Source: Bacteroidia bacterium (GTDB lineage Bacteria > Bacteroidota > Bacteroidia > SpSt-205). Taken from it: a stretch of 64,000 bases of DNA. The stretch covers positions 68,363-132,362 of the forward strand of contig JANXCX010000019.1 in NCBI GenBank assembly GCA_025059535.1, written 5' to 3'. Each line of letters begins with the position of its first letter. The first letter of the stretch is position 1. This document shows positions 54,723 to 64,000 of the stretch, one piece after another. Both the position numbers and the translations under genes were made by a program. The notes under the pieces were generated by a model. It worked only from the letters and a program-made list of their open reading frames with translations, had not been told where the DNA came from and searched no databases.

Positions 54723-55585
54723 GGGCCCGATGGTGGCCAGCCCATAAAGTAGAAGCCCTATGGACGGAAAAGGGAAGCGCAGGGGAGCCTTTTGCTACCT
54801 TAAGCTGGTGGCAGCGAGAGCCCCATTGGGGGGGCCTCGTAATAGAAGAAGGTAGCCAGCCGGTAGCTCTAATGCCCCTTCACTGGCGCCAGGTGGCTTT
54901 TTTTCGGTTTTATCGGCAGCCTCTCCCTCTTCCATGGACACCCATTATCCTTTGGTCCCCTCTACCCCAGCGCCCAGATAGGCAAACTCGCCTATGGGCA
55001 CGCGTGCTAGGGGCTATAGCGGAATGGATACGGGGAGAGCGCTTAGCCTATTTTTCTTTCGTACTCCCCCCTCCAAGTTGTTACGAGCCAGCTTGGGCCC
55101 AGCGCAGGTTGGCTCTTTATGCTACGGGTAGTTTTATTCTTCCGCCTGGGACTTTTGCCCCTTCGGCTGAATTGCGACGAAAAGCCCGACAAGCCGCTGG
55201 ATTCCCCTTTCAAAGGATGAATTTAGAGGAGGCCTTAGCCCTGTGGGAGGCCTATCGCCCCGCTGGTGTCTCTTCCACTATGGGGCAGGCGATTCGGCGT
55301 CACCTGACCCCCGAGTATTGGCGGGCCTATGCGGTAGGAGAGCCGCCTTTGGCCCTAGGCCTTTTTATGTGGGGAAAGGAACGGGTATGGTATATGGCCA
55401 GTATGTACCGTGCACCCAGCCAGGCTACCACGCGCCTCCTGTATGAAGTAATTCAGATAGCTCATGAAGAGGGGCGTCTATTTGACTTTTGGGGCTCTGT
55501 ATTGCCCGGGGTGGAACGCTTCTTTCAGCAGTTTGGGGGACAGTGGGAGGTGCGATGTAGGGTACAGACTTGGCGCTTCTGGTAG
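54719..55585 (+). CDS. GNAT/FemAB-like acyltransferase-fold protein
   Basis: QP...PW.P; LL...I..A.......FDF.GS...GVERFF..FG; GTGA overlap with the upstream gene. Confidence 0.68.
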   Translation: MRARWWPAHKVEALWTEKGSAGEPFATLSWWQREPHWGGLVIEEGSQPVALMPLHWRQVAFFRFYRQPLPLPWTPIILWSPLPQRPDRQTRLWARVLGAIAEWIRGERLAYFSFVLPPPSCYEPAWAQRRLALYATGSFILPPGTFAPSAELRRKARQAAGFPFQRMNLEEALALWEAYRPAGVSSTMGQAIRRHLTPEYWRAYAVGEPPLALGLFMWGKERVWYMASMYRAPSQATTRLLYEVIQIAHEEGRLFDFWGSVLPGVERFFQQFGGQWEVRCRVQTWRFW

Positions 55586-55592
55586 CCTTTTC

Positions 55593-56774
55593 TTAGAATG
55601 GACGCCCCACCCGCACCATGGCGCAACGGAAACCTATCGTAGCTGAGGAGGAGTCTGCATAAAAGAAGCGGCGCGCACCGCAGGTAACATAATACGCTAT
55701 ATCGGCCCACGAGCCCCCTCTATATACTTTGGCGGCATCTGCCTGTAGGTCAGGCCAAGGGGAGTTCCCACCCGCGCGCGGGCTGTATAGGATAGTACCC
55801 TGCACATAATCCACATCCGACTGAAGCGGATCACTAGTAACTAGCCCGCGTCGACGGTGAGGATTGAAGTCTTCGGCGTCCTCATAGGTAAGGATGCGGT
55901 AGGTGTCCTCCGTCCATTCGGCTACATTACCTGCCATATTGTACAGGCCGAAGTCATTTGGCAAAAAGGCCTTGACGGGCGCAGGGATCATATAACGGTC
56001 ATTGAGGCCTTCGTAGAGGAGGGACCCACCTTTATTGGAGCGGCCGGCGTAATCCCCGCGCCCCCGCTTGAAGTTAGCGCGAAAGCGTCCCTTTAGGTCC
56101 CGCATACTACGGCCCTCCCAGGGATAAAGCTCTTGTTCGTAGCCGCCCCGCGCCGCATATTCCCATTCGGCTTCGGTAGGTAGACGATAGTCCGGATACA
56201 GTACAGCATCCGGATCCTTTTCCAAGAGTTGTTTATTCACTATAGCCGTGCGCCAAGCGGCAAACTCGCGTGCCTGATGCCAATTTACCCCAACTACCGG
56301 ATACATGTTGAAGTTCTCATGTTGGAAATAGTAGCGCACATACGGGTCATTATAGGCCATCTCGCGCATCCACACATTTGTATCTGGATAAAGCAATTGG
56401 GCTTTTTGCTCGCCTGAGTCTTGCTGAACATAGAATAGGAACTGCTTGTATTCTACATTGGGCACCTCGGTCTCGTCCATGTAAAAGCTAGCTACGGTAA
56501 CTTGACGAATGAGGGCATTATGCTCATGGTCTAGATCTTTTTCCATATTCCCCATGTGGAAGGTACCCCCTTCTATAAAGACCATGCCAGGGGCAGGCGG
56601 CATTTCCCGATAGGGTTTTACATAGAAGCCTTCACCGGGTTTGCGAGAAAATTTCAGGCCAGTGAGACGGCTGCGACCACCGGGGTCTTCTAAGTTCTCG
56701 CCTCCTCCACAGGCAACTGTCAGAAATCCTGCCAGGATACAAGCGGCGACAAAACCTATGCCGTGCGACCTCAT
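55593..56774 (-). CDS. gldJ: Gliding motility lipoprotein GldJ (FGE-sulfatase fold), compact form
   Basis: Lipobox TVA|C; S..TG......GF, PGMVFIEGGTF.MG, V.SFYMDETEV.N, PDT.VW.....YN.PY, YPVVGV.W.QA, RLPTEAEWEYAA and ANFKRGRGDY.G. Confidence 0.8.
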   Translation of the reverse strand: MRSHGIGFVAACILAGFLTVACGGGENLEDPGGRSRLTGLKFSRKPGEGFYVKPYREMPPAPGMVFIEGGTFHMGNMEKDLDHEHNALIRQVTVASFYMDETEVPNVEYKQFLFYVQQDSGEQKAQLLYPDTNVWMREMAYNDPYVRYYFQHENFNMYPVVGVNWHQAREFAAWRTAIVNKQLLEKDPDAVLYPDYRLPTEAEWEYAARGGYEQELYPWEGRSMRDLKGRFRANFKRGRGDYAGRSNKGGSLLYEGLNDRYMIPAPVKAFLPNDFGLYNMAGNVAEWTEDTYRILTYEDAEDFNPHRRRGLVTSDPLQSDVDYVQGTILYSPRAGGNSPWPDLQADAAKVYRGGSWADIAYYVTCGARRFFYADSSSATIGFRCAMVRVGRPF

Positions 56775-56782
56775 AAGCGAGA

Positions 56783-56790
56783 CAAAGGTA
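56783..56790 (-). promoter_or_regulatory. -7 box TACCTTTG, 8 nt before gldJ
   Basis: Minus strand reads TACCTTTG-tctcgctt-ATG. Confidence 0.65.
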
Positions 56791-56798
56791 AGGTTTTC

Positions 56799-57779
56799 TT
56801 AGAAGCGCGGGCAGGGATAGTTGCGGCGGCGACGGGTGCCAAGAGACTGACGCTCTTGGCTAAACTCTACTACCACCGATACCTCGTGCGAACCCGCTGA
56901 AAGGCGATTTGTAAGGGAAGAGATGGTATAGTCATAAGAGTAACCCACACGGAAAATACCCTTCTGGAGCCCCACTAATCCAATGATGGCGTCTTGATGG
57001 CGGTACCACACCCCTATAACAATCGGCAAACTGGTAAAGTATAGCCCTACATCCAACTGCTGAAAGGGACGCTGGATCCGATACATCACCGCTGGCCCTA
57101 AGGCTTGGCGCCCCTCCCGCAGGGGATCTAGAGGAATTTGGGCCCCCGCAAAAAAATTCGCACGTATGGGGAGTCGAGCATCTGCAGGATTAGCTAAAGA
57201 GCTTCTATAAAACCGTTGGGTGGGCTGAGTAATATGCATGACTGAAGTACCTACATAGAGGTATTTGTTATAGTATAATGCGCCAGCCGCGACATCTTCA
57301 TGGATTCTATTCTGGAAGAAGTTGCGTTCTTGCGTAGGCAAAATAAAGCCAGCGTTGGGATCTATTTGGTCTGGGAAGCGGAGTCGGAAGAAGTCTATAC
57401 TGCTCTGCACGATACCCCCAGCAATCCCCATGCTAAAGGCGCTTGTACGGGTCAGCTCTATATGAATAGCATAATTGAGTAGGACATTTAGCTTAGTAAG
57501 GTTGCCTTCGCCGGCTTGGTCGGCCATGAAGCTTAGGCCCAGCCCATTACGGACACGCCCAAAAAAGATTGGCTGGTCATACACCGCCGCGAAAGTGCGG
57601 TAATACCCTGGAATAGCCGTCCATTGCATGCGGTAAGCCAAGGCAATCCGAGGTCCTTCGCCAATCCCCGTAAAGGCCGGCGACAGGATTACCTGATTTG
57701 CGAAAAACTGCGAAAACTGCGGATCTTGTGCAAGCCCCAAGCCCAGACAGAGAAGTGAGTAGCCTACCCTTTTGTTCAT
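56799..57779 (-). CDS. Type IX secretion membrane protein, PorP/SprF family
   Basis: AQDPQFSQF...PAF.G, YR.QW, D.AG, F.DQI, GYSYD.T.S.L....GSHE.S and C-terminal PCPRF. Confidence 0.93.
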   Translation of the reverse strand: MNKRVGYSLLCLGLGLAQDPQFSQFFANQVILSPAFTGIGEGPRIALAYRMQWTAIPGYYRTFAAVYDQPIFFGRVRNGLGLSFMADQAGEGNLTKLNVLLNYAIHIELTRTSAFSMGIAGGIVQSSIDFFRLRFPDQIDPNAGFILPTQERNFFQNRIHEDVAAGALYYNKYLYVGTSVMHITQPTQRFYRSSLANPADARLPIRANFFAGAQIPLDPLREGRQALGPAVMYRIQRPFQQLDVGLYFTSLPIVIGVWYRHQDAIIGLVGLQKGIFRVGYSYDYTISSLTNRLSAGSHEVSVVVEFSQERQSLGTRRRRNYPCPRF

Positions 57780-57847
57780 ACTACTGCTGCCCTATTCAAA
57801 GGCAAATATAGGAGAAAAAGGAATTTAGATTTGCAACTGCGCGTTGG

Positions 57848-59890
57848 CTAGTTAGAGGTCAAACGGCCTTGAGTAGCTAGGCGGCGCTTTTCCTGCTCTA
57901 TGAGCTGCCAGAGGGTCTCTAAATCCGCTACAGGACGCAGGCAGGCTCCGTAGGTACAGAGGCACCAGTGCTCAGGGGACAGACCCGTATAGCTAGTGAA
58001 GGCTGGGATAGCGGTCTCCTCCTGGGCCACAAACCCTACCCAGCCTATTTCTGGGGCATACCGGCTCCACAAAGGAGCGATTGAAGGGCCTCGGTAGATT
58101 ACTGCAAAGGGGCTGCGCTCCTCTAAAAGGGCTACCTGCAAAAAGTGACTGGCTAGAGTAGGGTTCTCGGCTAGCTGCCGCCGCAAACGAGCCAAAATCC
58201 GTTCCACTTTTTCCTGATAATCGCTGCGCTGAAAGTAGCGGCTGAGCCGCCAAAGCGCCTCAGCAAAAAGCGAATTTGAAGAGGGCGTGCTGGTATCAAA
58301 TATATCCTTGCGCCGCTCGGGCATGAACCGCAAGGTGTGCGCCGTAAAGCAGAATACCCCTTCTTGCGGGTCGTAAAAGAGCTCAAGACTGCGCTCCATA
58401 AAATCTAAGGCACGCAGCAGGTAGGTTTCATTGCCGGTTACCGTGTAAAGGGCAATAAGGGCTACCGTGAAAGCGGCATAATCTTCGGCGAAGGCCTCTC
58501 CATACCAGCGATCCTCCTTATGGATACGCTGAAGGTCTACGCCAGTGGATGGAAGCAGTGCATGGACAGCTCGTCGGGCGGCATACAGGTAGGAGGGCTC
58601 TTGAAGGGCCTTATAGGCTTCTATAAGGCCTAGGATGGCGTAGCTATTCCAAGCAATGATGGCGGCTTCGTCGCGCTCAGGGGGCACCCGCTGCCGGCGC
58701 ACCTGACGCAGGCGCATGTGCGCCTCAGCCAGAGCCTGGCGCACGGCTTCCACAGAGAGCCCCAGACGCTCAGCCACCGCTTCATCTTCTAAGGCCCTAT
58801 ACAGCACATTCTGCCCATCCTTCCAGTTTCCCTCGGGCATCACCTCATAAGTAGCAAAGAAAACCTTTTGGAGGTCGGGCTTTTCAAGTGCTGCTTTGAG
58901 TTCTTCTAGGCGCCATACATAGTATTTGCCTTCCTCCCCTTCACTTTCGGCATTTAGGGAAGCGGCAAAAAGGCCGTCGGGCAACTGCAGGCTTTCTAAC
59001 AGGAAAGCGGCGGTTTTCTGGATGACTTCCTTGTAGAGCGGGAGCGGATTATGGCGGTAGGCTTCGCTGTAAAGAGCCAGGAGTAGGCCATTGTCGCACA
59101 AAAGCTTTTCAAAATGCGGTATGCGCCAGAAGCGGTCAGTACTATAGCGCATGAATCCCCCCTCTATCGGATCAAATAGACCCCCCATAGCCATCTTCTT
59201 GAGAGTAAGATGGGTAGCCGAGATTAGTTGCGGTTTCTCTAAAAGTATGCCAGCTCTAAGCGAAAAAAGCCAGCGGCTGGGCATAGGGAACTTGGTATTA
59301 TTCCATTCACCGCCCCATATCCAGTCAATATCGCGTAGAAGCGCCTCTATTACTATTTCCCAGGGCACAGGATAGCGCGCCGTAGAAGAGACAGGCTCAA
59401 GCACTTTTGCATCCAGCTTCTGGATAGCTTCGCTGAGACGGCGCGCCATTTCCTGGACCTCTTGAGGGTTTTCGCGGTAGAGGCGGCTCAATCGCTCTAG
59501 AAGCGCCATCCAGGATTTTTTAGGCAGATAGGTAACCCCATAGAAGGGTCGGCCATCAGGTAGGGTGAAGCAATTGAGAGGCCAACCGCCTGGCCGCCCA
59601 GAAATAAGAAGGGCATCCATATATAATTGATCCACATCGGGTCGCTCCTCCCTATCTACCTTTATGCAGACGAAATGCTGATTCATTAGGCGGGCAACTT
59701 CCCGATCCTCAAAGCACTCGCGCGCCATTACATGACACCAGTGGCAGGAAGCATACCCAATGCTGATGATAATAGGTTTATTTTCTTTCCAGGCTTTTTG
59801 AAAGGCCTCTTCACTCCACGGATACCAGTCCACCGGCTGGTGGGCATGGGCCCGCAAATAGGCACTCTGCTGTCCAACAAGATGATTCAT
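57848..59890 (-). CDS. Thioredoxin-domain protein, YyaL/SPATA20 family
   Basis: N.L....S.YL..HA..PVDW.PW, CHWCHVM..E.F.D, KVDREERPD.D, GGWPL, PHFEK.L.DN and S...EGKYYVW. Confidence 0.94.
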   Translation of the reverse strand: MNHLVGQQSAYLRAHAHQPVDWYPWSEEAFQKAWKENKPIIISIGYASCHWCHVMARECFEDREVARLMNQHFVCIKVDREERPDVDQLYMDALLISGRPGGWPLNCFTLPDGRPFYGVTYLPKKSWMALLERLSRLYRENPQEVQEMARRLSEAIQKLDAKVLEPVSSTARYPVPWEIVIEALLRDIDWIWGGEWNNTKFPMPSRWLFSLRAGILLEKPQLISATHLTLKKMAMGGLFDPIEGGFMRYSTDRFWRIPHFEKLLCDNGLLLALYSEAYRHNPLPLYKEVIQKTAAFLLESLQLPDGLFAASLNAESEGEEGKYYVWRLEELKAALEKPDLQKVFFATYEVMPEGNWKDGQNVLYRALEDEAVAERLGLSVEAVRQALAEAHMRLRQVRRQRVPPERDEAAIIAWNSYAILGLIEAYKALQEPSYLYAARRAVHALLPSTGVDLQRIHKEDRWYGEAFAEDYAAFTVALIALYTVTGNETYLLRALDFMERSLELFYDPQEGVFCFTAHTLRFMPERRKDIFDTSTPSSNSLFAEALWRLSRYFQRSDYQEKVERILARLRRQLAENPTLASHFLQVALLEERSPFAVIYRGPSIAPLWSRYAPEIGWVGFVAQEETAIPAFTSYTGLSPEHWCLCTYGACLRPVADLETLWQLIEQEKRRLATQGRLTSN

Positions 59891-60699
59891 AAATAGCTAG
59901 TATGAGGTGAATTCAATGCGGTTAAGTAAGCTTTATTTAGATGGCCTATCAGCTGCAGGCATATGTGGGCCACCGTGCGCACATCCTTTAGACAATACTC
60001 CTTGACCTTATCAAAAGCCCTTTCCTCACCTTTGGCCTCCCATTGATAAAATCGCTCTCTTATCTCTCTATGGCTAAGCGACTTGACAAAGTCTATTCCC
60101 AAAGCCTGCGCTAAAACCTCTAGGCTTACCCGTCGCCGTTCATCAAACGAGCCAAAGCTCCACATACGTATGGTGTCCAGTATTCCTGGATTAGATTGCC
60201 AAGGCGGCTTATACTGCAGCTCTTTCCATAGGCTGGGTAGATTTATTCCGTTGACTACCATACGCCGGCCTAAAAAGGGTATATCAAAGTCTTGAAGGTT
60301 ATGACCACAAATCCAGAAGGTAGGCCGATAAGTACTTCGAACTATATTATATTGGCTGTCTAAATTTAGCCACTTACTTATAAACTTCTCTAATAGATTC
60401 TTCTCATCTAAGTCAGTTATTAGGTACTCATGCCACTCTATAGCTCCATTTTCTTCATGGAAGCGTCCGAGCCCTATGCAGGCTACGCGCCCGAAAAGTG
60501 CATGGATAGCGCTTTCATCAAGGTATGCCGATATTCTATGATACTTGTCTTTCCAGTGTTTTTGCTGCCAATCCTCAAGCTCTACATAGCTGCTTTTTAT
60601 CGGCACCGTCTCTATATCCAGAAAAAGTATGAAGTTAGGATGAAGCCGATCCTGAACTACTTCACCTCGGCGGGCCTGCTCTTGAGGTACCGAGCTCAT
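59887..60699 (-). CDS. DEDDy 3'-5' exonuclease (PolB-exonuclease-like)
   Basis: ExoI FLDIETVP, ExoII GHN...FDIPF and ExoIII YCLKDV; AT-richer than its neighbours. Confidence 0.85.
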   Translation of the reverse strand: MSSVPQEQARRGEVVQDRLHPNFILFLDIETVPIKSSYVELEDWQQKHWKDKYHRISAYLDESAIHALFGRVACIGLGRFHEENGAIEWHEYLITDLDEKNLLEKFISKWLNLDSQYNIVRSTYRPTFWICGHNLQDFDIPFLGRRMVVNGINLPSLWKELQYKPPWQSNPGILDTIRMWSFGSFDERRRVSLEVLAQALGIDFVKSLSHREIRERFYQWEAKGEERAFDKVKEYCLKDVRTVAHICLQLIGHLNKAYLTALNSPHTSYL

Positions 60700-60700
60700 A

Positions 60701-63700
60701 TTATCTCAAAAGATAGGCGGAAAAGCGCTGTACAAACTCCTCTTTCTCATTAGGATCGGCCGCTACGAGCTGAAGGCGGGGCTTAGAGGGGTCTTTGTTA
60801 TAATCCTTCTGCTTCTCAGCCGCCTGGCGAATCTGCCGATTAAGCACCGGATCACTGGTAATAAGCCGCACCACATAGCCAGAATACATGAGGAAGAGCC
60901 AGTTCCCTTCAGTGGGCTCTATTAGAATGGTTAGGATGTCGGGATTACGCTTGCGTTCGGCTGGATTATAGGCGCCGAAGCTGTATTCTATCTTGGCCGG
61001 GCAGAACTTACCTATGCCTATCCCGCCTAGGCCCGCTACCCCCACTTCAGACCGTACAATGAGATTGCCCGTAGAGTCGTCGCGCTGAAAAGGCACCTGA
61101 GTCAGCAGCAGGGTAACAGGAAGCTTTTTAGGAAAAGGCACACTACGCGCTATACTACTGCGCTGGGCCGCGCGCAGGATTTCCTTTACATTTTCTTCCG
61201 GCTGGGTGGGGTCAGGATCTACTAGCTCCGCAATAGCTTCTAAAAAGCGCTGGTCTTTGTAGTCAATATCATTAAGGGCTAGAGCCCAAAGATAGAACTT
61301 ATTTCCTATAGCCTCCACTACATTGGCTGGAATATTGGGAAAGTGCAGGGCGAAGATAAGGTCAGTAGAGAGCTTCTGGTAGCGCTGCTCTTCGCGCCAC
61401 ATGCCGGCTACAGCTAGCTGGGCGCCATTCTCTGGGAAAGCGGCCGGAAAATTGATACGGCCATAAGCCGTAGTGATGCGTGCGGCGTCGTTATATTCTA
61501 CCCAGTTGCCTTTGTAGGTTTGGCCATTTATTTTACTAAGTGGGCCTATGCGGAAGGCCTTCGTAGCCCGATCCACCGATAGCCCCCCTTCGGCTACAAG
61601 TACATCTTGGTCATCCTTATTGCGGCGCGGCTGGAGAAAATTCGTGTAAAAACTTCTATAAATAGGCACAAAATGTACGCCCACGGTAAGTTCCTGACCT
61701 TTTTTATTCCGAGGTGAGCGAATGGGTATAAATATGGTATCGGGATTTACGTACCCCTCAAAGGCAAACCAGGATTCGCGCAGAAATTCATTAGAGGACT
61801 GAATGCGCACCTCCCCATTGAAGTAAAGAAAGCGGTGGTCGGCCTTAAGGCGTACCGCGTCTCGGAAGAGAATCCGATCGGTAACTAAAAATTCGTCTTC
61901 GGCTTTGATTTTCGCCTGGGCTGTAGTAATCCCTTCTTCCACGTAGATGCTGTCTAGGGCAATATATTGCACTTTGCCCTCTATGGGCACGTACTGGTAT
62001 TTACCCTTTGCGGTGTATTCGGAGCCCGAGAGCACCTGTACGGTAGCTTCTACAATAGTATGGTAGTTGAGTTTTGTAGGGGCTTTTAGGACGGCATTTT
62101 GGAGGGGGGCAATTTGACCATCTGGCAGGAAGGCCACGCGCCCGCCAGAGGGGAAAACCGTAGCATCCGCCACCACCAGCGAGTCTACCTTGCCCGCCTC
62201 TAGGGCACCAGATTTGAGGTTATAGGCCAAGTGTTGCGTATGGAAAAAGACATCTTTACCGCGCTTGCTCTTCTGTAGGATGAAATTCTTACTTTCATCG
62301 GGCACATGCGGCGAAAGCACTATATCACCCGTCTCTCGCTGATAGGTACCTTTCCCCAGTGACGTAGCGATAGCTAGCTTAGGGAATTGAATATTTGGCT
62401 CACCTACGCGCATGGAGGCAAATTCGCCCTGATGCTTCTGGACGTCGTAGGTTAGCTCTATTCCTTCGGCGTAGAAAATCGTATCTTTTTTGGTTTTGGG
62501 GTCTACGAGGGCAAATTGGGCTTCTACGGCTTTGAAGTCGGCTGGACCGAAACTGAAGGAACGGCTCTGGATGCGGGCCTCGCCGGTCTCTAATACGCCA
62601 TTGGCTCGGAGACCCTCTGCGGTATAAATGAGGCTACCTCGGAAGGAAGCCGCGCCGGCAAAAAGCTGCGCCGGCTTTTCGCCTGTTTCCAGTATCATTT
62701 GGCCTTGATAAGGATACCATTTGAAGCGCAGACCCTCTCCCTTTACTTCGGGGTAGCGTGTAAGCGCATATTGGCTCGACGGCAAAAGGAGCTTAGCCCG
62801 CTCCGCCATACAAGAGTCAAAATGAAACACAAACGTATCCGCCTGTACCTGAGCAGTAAGATACTCTATACGCCCGCGCGCATGGAGAGCAAAATTATCC
62901 ATCGTAACCTGGCCAGTCAGCTTGCCTTTACCTTTGTAGATAGGTAGGCCTGAAGCAAAGACTTCCTGTATGCCGTAGCTTCCATCGGGCACGACCTTAA
63001 GGGTGTCGCGAAAAGGGGGCAAGATACTGTCGGAATAAAAAACTCCATGAAATTCAAGCCCTAAAAGGCTAAAAGTCTCTAAACTATCCAGCATAAAAGG
63101 GTCAAGCTCAAAGTATAAGCGGTCGCGTTTGTATTGGCCATCCTGTATGGAAGCTGCATCCCAATATTTGTACGATTCGGTATAGCAGTCTAAAACGGCA
63201 TAGTAAGGAATGGAATGGCGCCCACTTTTGTTTGAAGGGTGGTCTATATAAATGCAGCCGCTGACATTTTCTATGCGAAGGGAGGCCAAGGAGCGGGCTA
63301 AGCGGGGAAAGCGACCCAGGCGAAAAATCGGATCCCGCTCTGGCCGAAACTTAAGAGAATCTAAGTTGAAAAACAAAATCTTGAATCCCTCGTAGTCAAA
63401 TTGCATGCGGGTTTCAGGCCAGCTGTAGAGGTCTAACTTACCTGCTGCCAACCGTCCCGCTAATCGCATAGAGCGATTGCCTCCTAAATAAATTGTACCC
63501 TTGTAAGGCGCTATTTCCACAATATGGGAGTCGGCAAATACTACTGCTTCTACGCCACGCACCGTGAGTTCTTTGGTGCGAAGGTTTAGGTAGGCGTTAT
63601 CTCCCTCTTCGGTGCGCGAAAGGATGCGTAGGGCATCGTAGTCTTTCTCCCCCCATGCCGCCTGAGCCCATCGTATCAGCTTAGGTAAGGGCTCTATTCG

Positions 63701-64000
63701 GCCGATATCAGACTCATAGCGCAGAAACCCATAGGTGGCCACATCTTCTAAGCGCATCCGAAACGCCCGCTCATAGCGGGCCACATCCACATTCTGACTT
63801 TTTAGAACGTCCGTGTCCAAGATGTAATTACGCACGGCAGGGCGCCGCCTCCCTCGTGTGGCGGTTTGACGCTCTTTTATCACCTTATAGATGGCCCCCA
63901 AAGGATGGATCGGCATGATATCCTTGTAGCTTTCATATTCACGCTGGTTGAAGTAGTCCATAGACTGGACTACGCCATATTTACCCTTCGGGTCAATGAT
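60701..64000 (-). CDS. Very large beta-strand-rich hypothetical protein (5' end outside the window)
   Basis: Frame is open to 64000 (IIDPKGKYGVVQS-MDYF...), giving at least 1099 codons; no recognised catalytic motif. Confidence 0.8.
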   Translation of the reverse strand: MIDPKGKYGVVQSMDYFNQREYESYKDIMPIHPLGAIYKVIKERQTATRGRRRPAVRNYILDTDVLKSQNVDVARYERAFRMRLEDVATYGFLRYESDIGRIEPLPKLIRWAQAAWGEKDYDALRILSRTEEGDNAYLNLRTKELTVRGVEAVVFADSHIVEIAPYKGTIYLGGNRSMRLAGRLAAGKLDLYSWPETRMQFDYEGFKILFFNLDSLKFRPERDPIFRLGRFPRLARSLASLRIENVSGCIYIDHPSNKSGRHSIPYYAVLDCYTESYKYWDAASIQDGQYKRDRLYFELDPFMLDSLETFSLLGLEFHGVFYSDSILPPFRDTLKVVPDGSYGIQEVFASGLPIYKGKGKLTGQVTMDNFALHARGRIEYLTAQVQADTFVFHFDSCMAERAKLLLPSSQYALTRYPEVKGEGLRFKWYPYQGQMILETGEKPAQLFAGAASFRGSLIYTAEGLRANGVLETGEARIQSRSFSFGPADFKAVEAQFALVDPKTKKDTIFYAEGIELTYDVQKHQGEFASMRVGEPNIQFPKLAIATSLGKGTYQRETGDIVLSPHVPDESKNFILQKSKRGKDVFFHTQHLAYNLKSGALEAGKVDSLVVADATVFPSGGRVAFLPDGQIAPLQNAVLKAPTKLNYHTIVEATVQVLSGSEYTAKGKYQYVPIEGKVQYIALDSIYVEEGITTAQAKIKAEDEFLVTDRILFRDAVRLKADHRFLYFNGEVRIQSSNEFLRESWFAFEGYVNPDTIFIPIRSPRNKKGQELTVGVHFVPIYRSFYTNFLQPRRNKDDQDVLVAEGGLSVDRATKAFRIGPLSKINGQTYKGNWVEYNDAARITTAYGRINFPAAFPENGAQLAVAGMWREEQRYQKLSTDLIFALHFPNIPANVVEAIGNKFYLWALALNDIDYKDQRFLEAIAELVDPDPTQPEENVKEILRAAQRSSIARSVPFPKKLPVTLLLTQVPFQRDDSTGNLIVRSEVGVAGLGGIGIGKFCPAKIEYSFGAYNPAERKRNPDILTILIEPTEGNWLFLMYSGYVVRLITSDPVLNRQIRQAAEKQKDYNKDPSKPRLQLVAADPNEKEEFVQRFSAYLLR

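Noticed and set aside
1..64000. Apparent abundance of CTAG and CCTAAG/CTTAGG words
   Set aside because: It cannot be quantified by eye and is plausibly explained by CTA/TTA/GTA codon usage. It would need a k-mer odds-ratio analysis.

Overview
A gene-dense, mostly housekeeping 64-kb region from a Bacteroidota genome. The phylum call rests on porV, a PorP/SprF gene, gldJ, TAnnTTTG promoters and Gln-first mature proteins. The W/R/E/P/Y-rich proteins suggest a thermophile, which is inference only. It holds about 47 CDS and 2 tRNAs. No CRISPR, IS element or prophage was seen. The most striking signal is in expression architecture rather than gene content. (1) The Bacteroidota -7 promoter box TAnnTTTG sits only 4-6 nt before the start codon of many genes, which points to leaderless mRNAs. 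(2) The same box sits 4-5 nt, all pyrimidines, before G1 of both tRNA genes. This would give leaderless pre-tRNAs needing no RNase P, as in Nanoarchaeum equitans. (3) tRNA-Asn carries G1-C72 instead of the usual bacterial U1-A72. (4) tRNA-Ser ends 1 nt before the fbp ATG. (5) Two translationally coupled genes seem to start at non-canonical codons (ACG, ATA). Protein-level oddities include a multi-PAS protein with no C-terminal output domain, a T1SS-like ABC transporter with a degenerate ATPase site, a Trm112-MTase-MTase fusion and an M6-like protease with EExxH. All calls come from reading the sequence by eye; no database searches were run.
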